Source of the DNA: Eledone cirrhosa
Lineage: Eukaryota
Length of the DNA: 64,000 nt
Reading direction: 5' to 3'
Assembly: GCA_964016885.1 (NCBI GenBank)
Contig: OZ024742.1
Coordinates: 232,438,001-232,502,000, forward strand
Part shown: one piece after another, positions 49,790-62,961 of the stretch
How positions within the stretch are numbered: the stretch's first letter is position 1
Layout of the letters: each line of letters begins with the position of its first letter
The notes under the pieces: model-generated
The model's database searches: none
What the model was told of the DNA's origin: nothing
What the model saw: only the letters and a program-made list of their open reading frames with translations
Position numbers and translations under genes: made by a program

Positions 49790-51455
49790 GGCTTTCGAAC
49801 AGAGGATCCATGGACATAGTATTCACAATGTGCCAAATCCAAAAAAAGTGTTTAAAACAGGGCTAGTGCTTATATCAAGTCTTTGTCGATCTCACAAAGG
49901 CCTTTGATATGGTCAACAAGGAAGCACCCTGGGTTGTTTTGGTCAAGTCCTTCCATGATGACATGGACGCTTTTGTCAATATTGAAGACATTATGTCTGA
50001 ACCAATAAAAGTAGAGAAAGGTGTTAAACAGGGAAACATGGTTGTACCAACTTTGTTGTCCATCGTTTTCTTATTGTTCTTAATGATGCCTCCAAGAACT
50101 GCAACGAAGGTATGTATGTGCAATATGGCAGTACAGGCAACTCTTTAACATACACTGTTTTGCCACTAAATCAAAAGTCCTTCAAACTCTTGTCCGCAAT
50201 CTCTATGCTGATGACTATGACATGGTCTCATCCACTGACACTGATATGCAGAGATTCATGGGCATGTTGTCCCAGTCGTGTACGGCCTTTGGTCTAACAA
50301 CCAGTCTGGATAAAACAGTTGTCATGTTTCAACCAGCGCCAGGCACAGTTTATGTGGAACCTTCCATTTACATCGATGGGAAGAAGCTGAAGGTTGTTGA
50401 TAAATTTACCTACTGTGGTAATACATTAAACTGTCACTGCTCCCTTGATGATGAAATATCTCTCTGACTAAAGAAAGCCACTGACACCTTTTCTGCTTGA
50501 CAAGACCGTGTGTGGCCTCAGAAAGACTTGAAAAAGAAAACAAAGCTAGATATCTATAATGGCCATGTTCTTACAAGCCTTCTTTACTCTCTTGAGACCT
50601 GGGTAGTTTGCAGGAAACATTTAAAATTATTGGAGCGCTTCCACCTAAGCTAACTAAGATCAATCTTGGGCATCCAATGGTTCTTGCATATTCCAGACAC
50701 AGGGGTACTGGAACAAGCTGATACACTCAGTATAGAAGTTTTTATACCTGAGCAGCACCTTTACTGGGCAGGAATCTGATATAGCTGGACAATAGCCATA
50801 TGGTTCCCCAAGCAGATGCTTTATGGAGAGCTGACAGAAGGAAAAAGGCCTCTGCAAAAACCCAAGAAGTATTTCATGACTGGGAATTGGAGGCTGGTGA
50901 CAGAAACAAGTGGAGAAGAAAAATATATGAAGGATATCGATCACTCCATGCAAAGAAAATAAGCTGGGCAAAGACCAAAAGAACTGCCCACAAGAGAGAG
51001 AAAGTAGAGCCAGAGGTTCCTTAGTTTGATTGCTATGAGTGCGGCCAAATATGCCTGTCAAACGCAGGACTCCAAAGCCACCTCAGGAGTCACATAGACA
51101 ACCCACCAACAGAGTATGCCAAGGACATTGTTGCAGACCCACTTACTTGTGATGTATGCAACAAAATCTGTAAGAACCACTCTGAACTTACTTGTGATGT
51201 ATGTGGAAAAATCTGCAAGAGTCACTCTGGACTCACAAGACATTTAAAGATTCATGAGGATCTTCCAATTGAGAGCCCTAACAATCAGGTTGTAAATATA
51301 GATTTGGATTTAGTTTGTAGGCTTTGTGGCAAATTCTGTAAGTTTCTCGCCTGCTTCAAAAGTCATTGCCGATCTCACGTTCGTAGGAACAATCAACTGT
51401 GAGTCAATCTGTCAACGATGGTCATGTTCGTCTGACAAGTAGAGAGCCATCATAT
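49790..51455 (+). mobile_element. Decayed RTE/BovB-like LINE with C-terminal C2H2 zinc fingers
   Basis: FVDLTKAFDMVN, GVKQG, LYADD, VDKFTY, LETW, ERFH, PKQMLYGEL in broken frames; open frame 51025-51402 encodes three C2H2 fingers; ends GAGAGCCATCA(TA)n. Confidence 0.85.
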
Positions 51456-52068
51456 ATATATATATAAATTTGAGTATAGACATATATATGATGGAGGCTG
51501 AGTTTGTTCAATGAAACTGCAGTAGGGACACTGAGTAAATAGGTCAATATTTCTTTATCTTATTTATGTTTCCCAAATTAATTATATATATATATATGTC
51601 CAACCCTTGCAAGCAGGGAAAAGCGGAAGTAAAATGATGATATCTGTGTGGGTGTGTGTGTGTGTGTGTGTATATATATGAACCTACAGTAACTGGACAT
51701 TACATTCCCTACATATATATATGTGTGTGTGTGTGTGTGTATCTGTGTATGTATGTTATGTATATCCATCCAAAATGTTCTGCATTGAGTTTCTGAATAT
51801 TTCAGGGGTTCTCTGGAATTGGTGCCACAATAAAATGCATCATGTATACTTTTGTATTAGGAAAGGCATCTAGTTGTAGGAAACATGCCAAAAATGTAAT
51901 GTGTGAGTGAGACCTGCATGGAAACTAATTTAAATTTATCCTCATCTTCATCATTTTGCATTCAAAGTACTTTTATAATTTGCAGTATGGTGTTGATTTG
52001 TTATAGTTTCTAATAATATACAGTTTTTACGAATAAGCCATATTTATACATTTTTTTAATTATTCCAG

Positions 52069-52160
52069 GGAAGGTAATGATGTTGGAGATGAGAAAAAAA
52101 TTACTTTTTCGGAACTCAGAACAGAAGTGTGCAGATTTGCCAATATCTTGAAAGATTTAG
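52069..52160 (+). CDS. ACSS2: ACSS2 coding exon 2 (92 bp)
   Basis: TTCCAG|G GAA GGT AAT... gives (W)EGNDVGDEKKITFSELRTEVCRFANILKDL(G)|GTAAGT; phase matches exon 1. Confidence 0.95.
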
Positions 52161-52295
52161 GTAAGTGATATTTTCTTCATTGTTCATAGTAATAGAAGGT
52201 GATGGATTGGCAGGATTGGTAGGATGTCAGAAAAATGCTATTGCAGTATTTATTCCAGCTCTTTACATTCTGAATTCAGATCTCACCAAGGTTAA

Positions 52296-52538
52296 CCCTT
52301 TAGAATTTCAACTGGCCATATCCAGCCAGAGTTCACTCACCTCTTTCTGTTCAAACTGGCCTTAACCAGCTGCTTATACTTATGTTAAGGTATTGTTCTC
52401 AAAATAAATAATATCAAAATCTCGTAACTTTGACATTATGTTAGATAATCAACATCTCATAGATTCAATATTATGTGAGATAATGCCTTTACTATAAAAA
52501 TACAATAGTATATATAGAGTAATGTAAATGCTAAAGGG
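52296..52538. mobile_element. piggyBac-like MITE inserted in a SINE
   Basis: TTAA TSD at 52292-52295 and 52539-52542; TIRs CCCTTTAG / CTAAAGGG; removing it restores the SINE sequence AGGTTAAC-TT-CCTTTCAT. Confidence 0.88.
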
Positions 52539-52624
52539 TTAACATTACCTTTCATGAAATTAAATGGTGTGACTGGTTATCACTGTAATACTGAATAAAA
52601 TTCTTTTGTTTTGTATCATTGCAG

Positions 52625-52728
52625 GGATCCAAAAAGGTGACCGGGTAGCTATTTATATGCCCATGATTCTCGAATTGGTGGTGGCAATGTTAGCGTGTGC
52701 CCGGTTGGGAGTTGTTCATTCAATTGTG
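52625..52728 (+). CDS. ACSS2: ACSS2 coding exon 3 (104 bp)
   Basis: TTGCAG|GG ATC... gives (G)[34 protein letters not shown]|GTGAGA. Confidence 0.97.
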
Positions 52729-52802
52729 GTGAGAAATATTATCATTGTTCATTCTAAACAAATGTTTAATCTCTCTTTCTTTCTCACACATATGTATATA
52801 TA

Positions 52803-52879
52803 CAGGATGTCTCAAAAAATGTATACACACGTCAATAGCAAATAATTCAAATGTGTATACATTCTTTTGGGACACCCTG
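52803..52879. mobile_element. Solo Tc1/mariner-type mini-MITE related to the satellite unit
   Basis: TA|CAGGATGTCTCAAAAAATGTATACAC...TGTGTATACATTCTTTTGGGACACCCTG. Confidence 0.75.
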
Positions 52880-53053
52880 TGTATATATATATATAATACA
52901 GTATATAGAGAAGAAAATACAAAGAGGTATGTGTTTTCTTCTCTTTATACTGTATTATGAAGAGCCCGGTATCTATACCTTTTTGAACTCATTAAATTGC
53001 AAAGGATTAACACAAGTTTTTAACTCCGTTTTTTCTAATTTTATATATATATA

Positions 53054-53308
53054 TCATCATCATCATCGTTTAACGTCCATATTCCACGCTTGCATGGGTT
53101 TGGACGGGAGTTTTCCCACTTGAGGCAAGATTGGTTGTCTTGCTCGCACAGGACTGTCTGGCGGGTTTTCTACGGCTGGATGCCCTTCCTAACACCAACC
53201 ACATTTACAGTGTGTAACTGGGAGGTTTTTACCGTGTTACCTACACGGCCACATTACAGTGTGGACTGTGTGTTTTTTTGTCGTGACACCTACACGACCT
53301 CATTTGTT

Positions 53309-53310
<2 letters not shown>
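53054..53310 (-). mobile_element. RTE 3'-UTR-only copy in (TA)n
   Basis: Near-identical to the reverse complement of the 3' ends at ~3920-4300 and ~5720-5970. Confidence 0.9.
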
Positions 53311-53349
<39 letters not shown>

Positions 53350-54269
53350 GTTATTTAATGTCAACTTTTCTATGCAGGTATGTTTGAATATGACTTTTTG
53401 AGGCAATGTTTTACAGTTGGATATTCTTCCTGACATTAGCCCCCTTTTAATAACTTCTTATGACATGCAGGAATATGGTGTACCTATTCTAAAGTAGATA
53501 CACATGGTTATATAAGTAAAGTGGTTGGTGATAGGAAGGGCACCCCACTGTAGAAATAATGCCAAAAAGGGTCAAGAAGGCCCTTAAGTTGTGTCAACAG
53601 TGTGACAACCTCTCTAGTGTTGGTGATTTACATAATAAACGCACCCAGTACATGCTGTAAAGTGGCTGATGTTAGGAAGGGCATCCAGCTACAGAAAGCC
53701 TTCCAAATAAAGGGTTGGGAGATGCCTTCACTTGTGTGAAAAACATTACAACCTCCCTGCAGCTCGTGTCAGGATAAAATGTATTCAGTAGAACATAGTA
53801 TTGTATGTAAATGAGATGCAGGCCATCTGCCCAATTGAGAGGTCAGTAGCCCTGCTTGAATACTGACTCTGTCTGCGAAGAGCTGTCCAACCCTTGCTAG
53901 CAGTGACAATGGATGTTATATGATGACGATGAGGATGATATATTAATTATCAAAGCGCTGAGAGTGTTATGAAATTTGAAAATGTGAGCATCCCAAATGT
54001 AGAAAATAATTGTAATAACAGTTGTTCACTATAAATAATAGTTGCAAATAATTAAATGACTTAACTTTAGAGATGGAAAAAAGTAGACAGAAGTACCTAT
54101 GAGGAAATGAACCTTGTATCTCTCGAATGCCATTGACACTTGTGTCTACATTTTGCTGTCTCTAAATTTAATTTTCTCAACTATTATCTATAGTGATCAA
54201 CTGTTAATACAGTTATTTTTTGTGTTTGTAACTCTCATATTTTCATATATATACATAAGTTGGGAGCGG

Positions 54270-55100
54270 TATCATGACTGGCAGGTGTAAAATCAATCAT
54301 CTGGAATTTGCAGACAACATGGAGTTATTTAACTCAACAGAAGATGATCTTCAACTTGCACTCAATAGGTTTGATGCTGAGTGCTGCATGGTTGAAATGA
54401 AAATCAGTGCTGTGAAAACTGAAACGCTTATCCTCTCAAGGAAGCCTGCGCGGTGCATTCTACATGTAAATGAAGTTCCAATGAAGCTGGTGGATAAGTT
54501 CAAGTATCTCGGGGCTGTGTTCATGAGTGATGGAAAGCAGGAGGCTGAATTAAGTGCAAGAATTGCAGGAGCTGGTGCAGTAATGCGCCAGCTTCAGCAT
54601 TCAGTAATCAGAAGAAGGGAGGTAGTCATAAAAGCCATCTTCAATTCGGTATTCGTGCCAGCCCTTACTTATGGTCATAAATCTTAGATAATGAGCGAAA
54701 GAATACGACTGTGAATACAATTGGCCGAAATGGGATTTCTCCGAAGGGTCTTTGGAGTAATGTTACTCAATAAAGTGTGTAGCTCAGAGATCAGAGAGTC
54801 ATTCCAGGTAGAACAGCTACTTCTCCAAATTGAGAGATCACAGCTCCAATACTATGGGCATGTGGTTTGAATGTCTCAGGAAAGAATCGCTACAGATTTT
54901 ACAAGCAAAACCAACCGGCAGGTGATCCAGGAGTAGTCCTTGAGCAAGATGGTTGGATAACATCCATGAGCTTGGCTGGTCTCACTTGGGGATCCAGCCG
55001 GATCATTTGGAAATGGTTGCTTCTGACAGGACCCACTGGAAGGAGTGTTTGAGGGCTCTGCCCCCACGACCCTCTCAGGAATAAGTGGGTGAAGAAGAAG
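54270..55100 (+). mobile_element. Decayed RTE-like LINE 3' fragment (second family)
   Basis: ORF 54274..54687 (LEFADNM, VDKFKYLG, LTYGHKS); co-linear with 27660-28480. Confidence 0.88.
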
Positions 55101-55312
55101 ATTATATATATATAGTTCAAGGTATTAAGAAGACAAAAATGAAGAATAATGACATAAATATATATAAAATATGCTTCTATTGTAAGGCATGTGAACTTCT
55201 TTCTGCACAAAAGACCAAAGCAGTTTTAATGTATGTTGAATAAAAGATTTTGCATGAATAACATTGAATCTTAAGGGTACTATCTATATATGTGTATATA
55301 CTTGAACATATA

Positions 55313-55448
<136 letters not shown>

Positions 55449-55694
55449 ATCATCATCATCATCATTTTACGTCCATTTTTCCCTGCTTGCAAGGGTGGGA
55501 CAGGAACTGATTCTGGCTTGATTTCTACAGCTGGATGCCCTTCCTAACACCAACCTCATTTACAGTGATTGCTGGGTGCTTTTTTTCCGTGGCACCTACA
55601 CGTCCACTTTACAGTGTGGGCTGGGTGCTTTTTTGCCGTGGCCCCTCCACGACTACTTTGCAGTGGAATGATAGGGAACCCAGTCCTATCATCT

Positions 55695-55837
55695 TATTTC
55701 TACAGCTGAGTAAACTGGAGCAATGTGAAATAAAGTGTCTTGCTCAAGGAAACAACACATCACCCGGTCTGAGAATTGAACTCACAACCTTTCGATTGCA
55801 AAGCCAATGCTCTAACCACTAAGCTATGTGCCTCCAT
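55695..55837 (-). mobile_element. SINE family B, preceded by an RTE 3'-end fragment (~55450-55670)
   Basis: Reverse complement begins GGAGGCACATAGCTTAGTGGTTAGAGCATTGGC...GTGAGTTCAATTC (tRNA-like head). Confidence 0.75.
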
Positions 55838-55846
55838 ATATATATA

Positions 55847-57139
55847 CAGGGTGCGGACGATATTTGTTCACAAGATTACTGTCTAGGAAAGAATAACACA
55901 GTAGTTTTATTTTTTAAGATATATTTATCAAACTTGGGTCAGTTTGTCTTCATGACTTTTTCTTTCGATCTCACTCGATAAACTCGCCATTGGCTTTGAT
56001 GACGGCCTTAAGGCGGCCTCGGAACTGGCTACAGGCCTTTGTCCCTGTCCCCCGACTTAGGCCCCTAAAGGCACTTGTGATCCTGTCTTCAGATCGTCTT
56101 TTGTATTGCAGCTAGATCTGTTGGTGTCTCGTTCCACTGTGCTCCACACAAAGAAGTCGAGGGGGTTGCAGTCAGGCGAGCTGGGTGGCCAGATGTCAGA
56201 TGAAGTGTGGTCGACAAAGTTCTCTGACCACCAGGCTTGGGTCTTTCGGCTGGTATGGCAGGGCGCTGAGTCTTGCTGCCACACGTACGGCCTACCTGCA
56301 GCTACCTGGTCGATCCAGGGCTTTACTACCTCGCTCAGAAGGCGGATGTAGCCATCGGTGTTCAGCTTGAGGTCCTCAGGGAAGAAGTGAGGTGGCATGA
56401 CATCACCTTGACTGCTGACGACACCTAAGACCAATGTTGTCGCTGGAAACTTTGTCTGCATGACTCTGGGCACATCTTTGGATGAGACAGCGAGCCACCT
56501 GTTGTTCTGGGAGTTGATCTTCTGGTCTTGGCAGAAGTTTTTCTCGTCGGAGAAAAACCACAGCATGTCTGGCTCCAGTGGATGTTTCAACTTGTTGATC
56601 AGCTTCTTTGCGTGCTTCAGTCGCTTTTCTTACATCCCCTTTGACAGAAATTGTCCTTTCCTCATCTTGTATGAAACATAGCGAATGTCTTCATGTACCA
56701 CCAGCCTAATGAGCTTTTCATCCACGCCTTTCTCCCTTGCAATGGCACACATCGACTTGCTAGGTTCATTGTTGATGATATCCTGAACTTCAGCGACGAA
56801 CTCGGGTGTTCTGAAGGCGTCAGATCGTCGATTATGTGTTTTCCTCTCTGATTTGGCTTCGTAGTCGAATCCTGAATCTTCCAATTCCTTTCTGACCTCT
56901 TCCACCATTTTCCTGCTGAAGCTGAGAAAGTCTGAAATTTCCTTATTTGTCCAACCGGCGCGTCTTCCAAGAAGAACTCCGTGTCTCTTTCTCAAATTTG
57001 GAGGTTCAAAATTATTCATAATGAATTATTCTGAAAATAAATAATGGAAATATAGTCACTGTTTTTATGAAGACAAGAGTGACAACGGAAGTAAAAAAAA
57101 TTTGCATAAAATTAGCAGTTGAAAATTGCGAACAATTAT
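55847..57139 (-). mobile_element. Tc1/mariner maT-family (DD37D) transposon, defective
   Basis: ORFs 57019-56630 (N-terminal DNA-binding part) and 56590-56057 (WFFSDEKNF...QQDSAPCH...SPDCNPLD, 37 residues between the last two Asp). Left end TA|CAGGGTGCGGACGATATTTGTTCACAA; right TIR truncated to TTGCGAACAATTAT. Confidence 0.93.
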
Positions 57140-57148
57140 ATATGTGTA

Positions 57149-57197
<49 letters not shown>

Positions 57198-57352
57198 ACC
57201 TTATGTATTTCTATCATTGACATCTATCAGTTTATGTCAGTTTATCTTTTCTAAAATATAAATTCCTTAAATTTCTATGCTTTCAATTCTGGTAGGATGT
57301 CATGTCTTATAGCATGAAAAAATAGTTGTAAACTGTTGTTGATGATGATGAT

Positions 57353-57388
<36 letters not shown>

Positions 57389-59691
57389 TACATATATGTA
57401 TATATATATTATAAAAAGATCTGAGGCTATAATCAGTTGATTCAGGTTTATTTAAAACACTTTTATACATATTTCACTGAGGACTGTCAGTTATGATAGC
57501 ATGAGCTCTTTAGACGGCAAAACCTATAAAAACTTGAAAACATTGAAAGTTCCAAAAATAAAAAACTTTAAAGTTAAAAAAAATCCCAAAACTTCCTTGA
57601 CAATATTTACTTTTCTTGATACGGTGGGACGGCCAAACGCGTGGCGTTGTTTGATTGATGGCCAACCCCCGTATGACCCTAAGAACTTTGGCGGAAGTGT
57701 TGGTCAGTTCAGGTTCCATGTCACTATCGCAGGATGTTTAGTGTAGGAAGTAACAAAATCAGCTAATAGCCCTTTCTCCCCTCCTCCCTGGCAGTCAGTA
57801 GTTGTTAAAGTAGTAGTGACAGCCATCTTCTCCCACCCCACTTTGTTCACACATCTGCAACAACTGTGAATATTATAACCGATACCAATAAGTAAATATA
57901 TAAATAAATCAAAAGGAAATGTTATATTAAAGGGAATGAATATGTGGGAAAGAGATAATTATAATGAAAAAATAAAGAAATAGATGCCTGTAGGCCTAAG
58001 CTGTAAACGAGAGTATATAGCGTAGATGTTGTATAGTTATAGTTTAACTGCTTCGAAATTGCTGGAAGCAAGAATCGACCCCAGTACTAGACTGGTACAT
58101 TTTTTTTATTAACTTTGACAGGATAAAAATAAAATTGACCTCGGTGGGATTTAAACAGAGAGAGGAGAGAGCCTGAATGACTATCACAAACCATTCTATC
58201 TGACGTTCTAACAACTATGCCAATTTGCAGCCTTATCATTTGTTGTACAATGGATAGTATAAGAAGATTAAAGTCCTTCATAATTATTTGTAAACACAAC
58301 AGGGAAAAATATAAAGCAACATAAAATTCCAAGAGTATTGAATAACTGGATATGAAAATAGTATTTCAAAATTTAAATGGGTCTGTTGAATCAAGTATTT
58401 GGAATGACCCATCTTATTGATTATTATATATATTTCTATTGTAATTATTAGAGGATCATATTAAAATCATTTTCATCTTCATATGAAACGTTTATCCGGT
58501 TTAGAATAGGTGCACAATATCCCTGCCTATCTTAAGAAGCAACTAAAAGGTTAGTGCCAGGAAGGGTATCTGGCTATAAAACATTGCCTAAAAAAATCCC
58601 ATCCAATCCATTCAAGCATGGAAAAGTTGACATAAAAATGATAATGGAATGATGATAGAAAATCCCAATATTGCACTATTTAAGATATGTAGTATGAAAG
58701 GAGTAGCCCAGAAATATCAACCAAACAGAGGTATCAAAATTGATTACTCATTTTGATACCTAACCACTTTAAACTGCCTCAAGTAAGTGTTTTTATTTAT
58801 CTAGAAATATTCTACCATATGTGAGTGTAAGAAATGTTGTTATGTTTCAAACACCATCTTAATGATGGAGTTAGTTCCTCCAAATTCAATATTATCTGAA
58901 AATCATAGGCAGTCTCTTACATTAGAAATATGGTAAATGAAAGGGTTAAAAATTTTCTGTATTACATTGAGGTAGGATATGATTTTATATTTAATTGTGT
59001 GTGTGTATGCATTTACATGTTTAATCATTGTTGACACTCATAATCAGAGCATAATATATGTTTGGCTGTATTCTAGTCTAGCCAATTTACTAAGTAAATA
59101 TGCTTCACTGAGTAGATCATATAAGATTGAAACATATCTGTTGCCTTCACCAAGCTGGCTTATAGCCAAGGTCCGTCCCCACTGCATTGTCTAAAGTTGT
59201 TTCAAAAGAGCTTGGATCAGCTCAGGCTATAGAAGTTCTCTCCTTTGCTTGCTTTTTATAGTTTAAATAACCACTAAAGGGAGTTTTAGTCTAGAATTGT
59301 GAGGATAGACTTATTTCATTTAAGATTTTTTCTCACTCACCATATTCAATATGAATCTTTATGTGTATGTATATACCTCATGCAGAACACTCTCCACAGT
59401 TATTTTGGCCTCTTCTCTTTCCTTCTGCCCCCCCCCTCCCTTTTTTTTCTATACATGTTTCCGTGTGTGGTTGATTGGATGATATACACGTCTTCTGGTA
59501 AGGGTTCAATAAGGTCCAAAAATCAATTAAAGATGTTTATCATTTTTTCAATTTACAGGGAAATTCGTATTTTCTGGCATGTTTACATGCCTACATATTA
59601 GATATGTGTATATATTTATACACGTTAGTGCAGTCTCGGTATTTATTGTACACTTTGGCTGCTAGCGCACCTCTTACTATATATATATATA

Positions 59692-59897
59692 TCATCATCA
59701 TCATCATCATCATCGTTTTACGTCCGTTCTTCCACGCTAGCATGGGTTAGACGGGTTGTCCTGTTGTGGGCAGTGTCTGGTCGGCTGACCATGCCTTGCT
59801 CATACAGGAACTGATTTGGCTTGCTTTCTACAGCTGGATGCCCATCCTAACACCAACCTCATTTACAGTGAGTGCTGGGTGCTTTTTCGTGGTGCCT

Positions 59898-59900
<3 letters not shown>
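59692..59900 (-). mobile_element. RTE 3'-end-only copy in (TA)n
   Basis: Near-identical to 41746-41953. Confidence 0.92.
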
Positions 59901-59936
<36 letters not shown>

Positions 59937-60309
59937 CTAACAAAATTATAGAAGTCATGACTGAAAAAATCACAAACATGCGCCATACCACTTGTAGGAG
60001 CTCAAAGATACTAAGGAATAAATCAGAGCATTTATAAAAAATTAAAGGTCAGTTGACATATATATAAAATAAACATATCAAACATTGACTGGGGGTAATT
60101 TGTCAACATAGTTACAAAGGTAGCATATTAAAATTTTATAAAAAATTCAAAGATAGATACCTGGCAATAATAAATATTGTCCTTCCTATATAATAATAAT
60201 AATGAAATTATTGTGTACAGTGCTCAGGTGCACTACAACTCATCAAAGGTGCATTTATAGTATATAGAATAATGTACAAATGTCAGGAAAATGAACAGTA
60301 TACTCTATT

Positions 60310-60440
60310 CCTTTACGATCTGAGTTCAAATCCCGCCGAGGTTGACTTTGCCTTTCATCCTTACGGGGTCGATAAAATAAAGTACCAGTAATGCACTGGG
60401 TAATTGCTGGCCTTGTGCCTAAAGTAGAAACAATTATTAT
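60310..60440 (+). mobile_element. 5'-truncated SINE family A
   Basis: B box, central core and GAAACAATTATTA tail intact. Confidence 0.85.
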
Positions 60441-61249
60441 ATATATGTATATATATTATTTACACAATAACGATATTACACAACATATATTGGGCGCCGT
60501 TTGGTTTCCTACTCAAACAAGTCAATAATTTATGAGATAATATATCTCCTAGCCTGTTCAGTATTTATTAGGCCATGGCTGAGTTGAAGAAATCCATGTG
60601 ATAATTCACATACATTAATGGACAAATTGAAAAATCACGGTGGGATAACTTGTTTTATGTATTTATAAGTTACTTCCCTTAGTTTCTTTGTAAATAATAT
60701 CAAGATTGAGTGAACTTAGAAAATGTCGCCAAATATCTTCTGAATTCTTCAGTTGTTGCACCTAAACATGCTCAGATGTGTTTATCAACAGATTCTATAT
60801 TTCTTAAAATAGGTAGTTTTGATTTTTTTCAATGTTAAATATCAGTAAACAAAATGTCAACTGATTTCATCAGTAGATACTGGTCAAGAGTAGAGGAAGA
60901 AGTGTGAAGCATGAATATTTTACTAGTAATTTGTTGAAAATAGTCATAACAGAAGAAACAAGGTCCTCACCGGATATTTCATAAGGTATATAACCTGAGA
61001 GGAATACGGGGAAGAGAGTGTAATTTTTGCCTAAAGAGAACAGTCAGAATTGGGAATCTTAACACTAACAAGAGCAGAAGGGCAGAAAAATATATTTATC
61101 TTTATTTAACAAATTTCAGTTGGATTATATATTTCCATTTAAAAAAAGAAAGTATAAAAAATTAAATAGCAAAAGTAAAGATAAGGAGAAACAGACTCTG
61201 TCGTAGTCCATGTGGTATATCTCAGCTGTGACCTGAAGCCAAAATAATA

Positions 61250-61810
61250 AAGGCATTGTCACAGAGAACAGTCAATAACATCTACATCAGTCACTCATCC
61301 AGGTTTCTTCCTCAGCGGGGATGCACTCCTCCCGATTTTGCAGATGAAAATCGCAGTTCAAGGACCAAGGACATCAAAGGCCTCAATGGCAACTGCCACA
61401 AAAAGGAAGCAGGCGATCAAGTCCCAGTATTTGGCTATCTTCCTCTCCTCAACATCACAGGTGGCAGTGCCTGGGTTTCTGCTCTGAAAATGACATGGTT
61501 GGCAATGAAGAAATTGTTGAAGTTCATGGTGTTCTAGATTAGAGATTTACCTCTCTCAAGCAGGAAAAGGGTTACCCTATATGGGCACTTACTATCACAA
61601 TGAACGAGGCCAGCAAGTTCTAGTTGTGATGGGAAACCAGCTGCATTAAGGCTCCTTCTAATGATTTTGTTCAAAGCAGCATGCAGCGGAACCAATTTGC
61701 ACTGTAATGACAAAAAAGTGGATATAATTAAAACTCGTTGACCTTGGCTCCACAACAGCATTTGTGTGACTCCCACACCCTGGTGTTAAGGTGCTTGACC
61801 ACCCCATCAT
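61250..61810 (-). mobile_element. Decayed non-LTR retrotransposon with restriction-like endonuclease (CRE/R2-like) C-terminus
   Basis: LHAALNKIIRRSLNAAGFPSQLELAGLVHCDSKCPYRVTLF...GKSL resembles the RH-x-x-LN...EP-x-GL...DGKRPDG-x-TL region of RLE-encoding elements; recognised from memory. Confidence 0.55.
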
Positions 61811-62888
61811 CAAGAAGGGCACCAGTTGATAAGATCAGTATTTTCATTAACAAGACAAATGCTAGAAATTTCAAATTTTGCATCATTCTACTCAATTTAT
61901 TGTCAATTTTTGTCCATAATTATTGACTTGTTTGCTCCAAAAAGATATTAATAGTTTTCAAAATGTTTCCACTTTTAGAACTTGTAAAATTTCATAATTT
62001 CTGCCATACTCTGTTGCAAGCATTCTGATCATGTCTGTAACCCCTCTCCTGCCCACCAGTCTATGATAACAGGAAAGGGTCATGCAAAATATCACAATTT
62101 CTGCAAATCTTGTGAGAAAAGTGAACTTTTAGCCATTTTTATCCAGCTTAGAAAATTGCAAATATCTTGAGAATTCTTCACTTTCAATTCATATGCTGGC
62201 ATATGTCACTAATAGTCTACAATTGTTAGAACAGATATTTTTTTAATATGTGAAATGTTATTATTATCACTAATCACATACCTGTTGGAAATTTCAAATT
62301 TTGCAAATGTTTTAACCACACAATACAGAATGCTTATAACAAATTACTTTTAGGATTCTGATCATAATGCAGATGCTGATAGATTCAATTCTTAACATAA
62401 AATATTATTTCATTTAGAGGCACTTAAAATATTTGAATCTTTATTACATTTAACCTTTTCATGGCTGTATTGTAATTAATTAATGAAGAATTTTGAGGGA
62501 TTTACTAAAATTATTGATTATTTCATAACTAAGAAAGTAACTTTAAAATGGGGCGTTTTTGTTTTATAGAACTAGAGCTGATTTTGATCAGGTTGGTATA
62601 AAAAGGGGTTTTAAGATGCTTTGAAGATTGAGAAATTAGGTCTCTTACTAATGGATTAAAAAGAAGAAAAATATGATTTTAAGAAAGTAATAATGAGAAA
62701 ATATTCTCAAAGTAATTTTAACATACCTAGTAGATCAATGAAAGAGCTATATCACATATTCACTGAAACTTAAAGCAACACAATTGATGTTATTGTATCA
62801 TCATAAATGTTACATTTTCTATGTTATTTGCATTCAGTTGTTTTTAACTTTGATCCATATAAAAAAAATGTTGTTGCCATTTTTGCAG

Positions 62889-62961
62889 TTTGCTGGTTAT
62901 TCAGAAAGAGCCCTTTCTGAACGTTTGATTGGATGTCAAGCTTCTATAATTGTTACTGCAG
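62889..62961 (+). CDS. ACSS2: ACSS2 coding exon 4 (73 bp); gene continues beyond the window
   Basis: TTTTGCAG|TTT GCT GGT... gives FAGYSERALSERLIGCQASIIVTA + G|GTCAGA; phase 0 join gives the conserved HSIVFAG. Confidence 0.95.
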
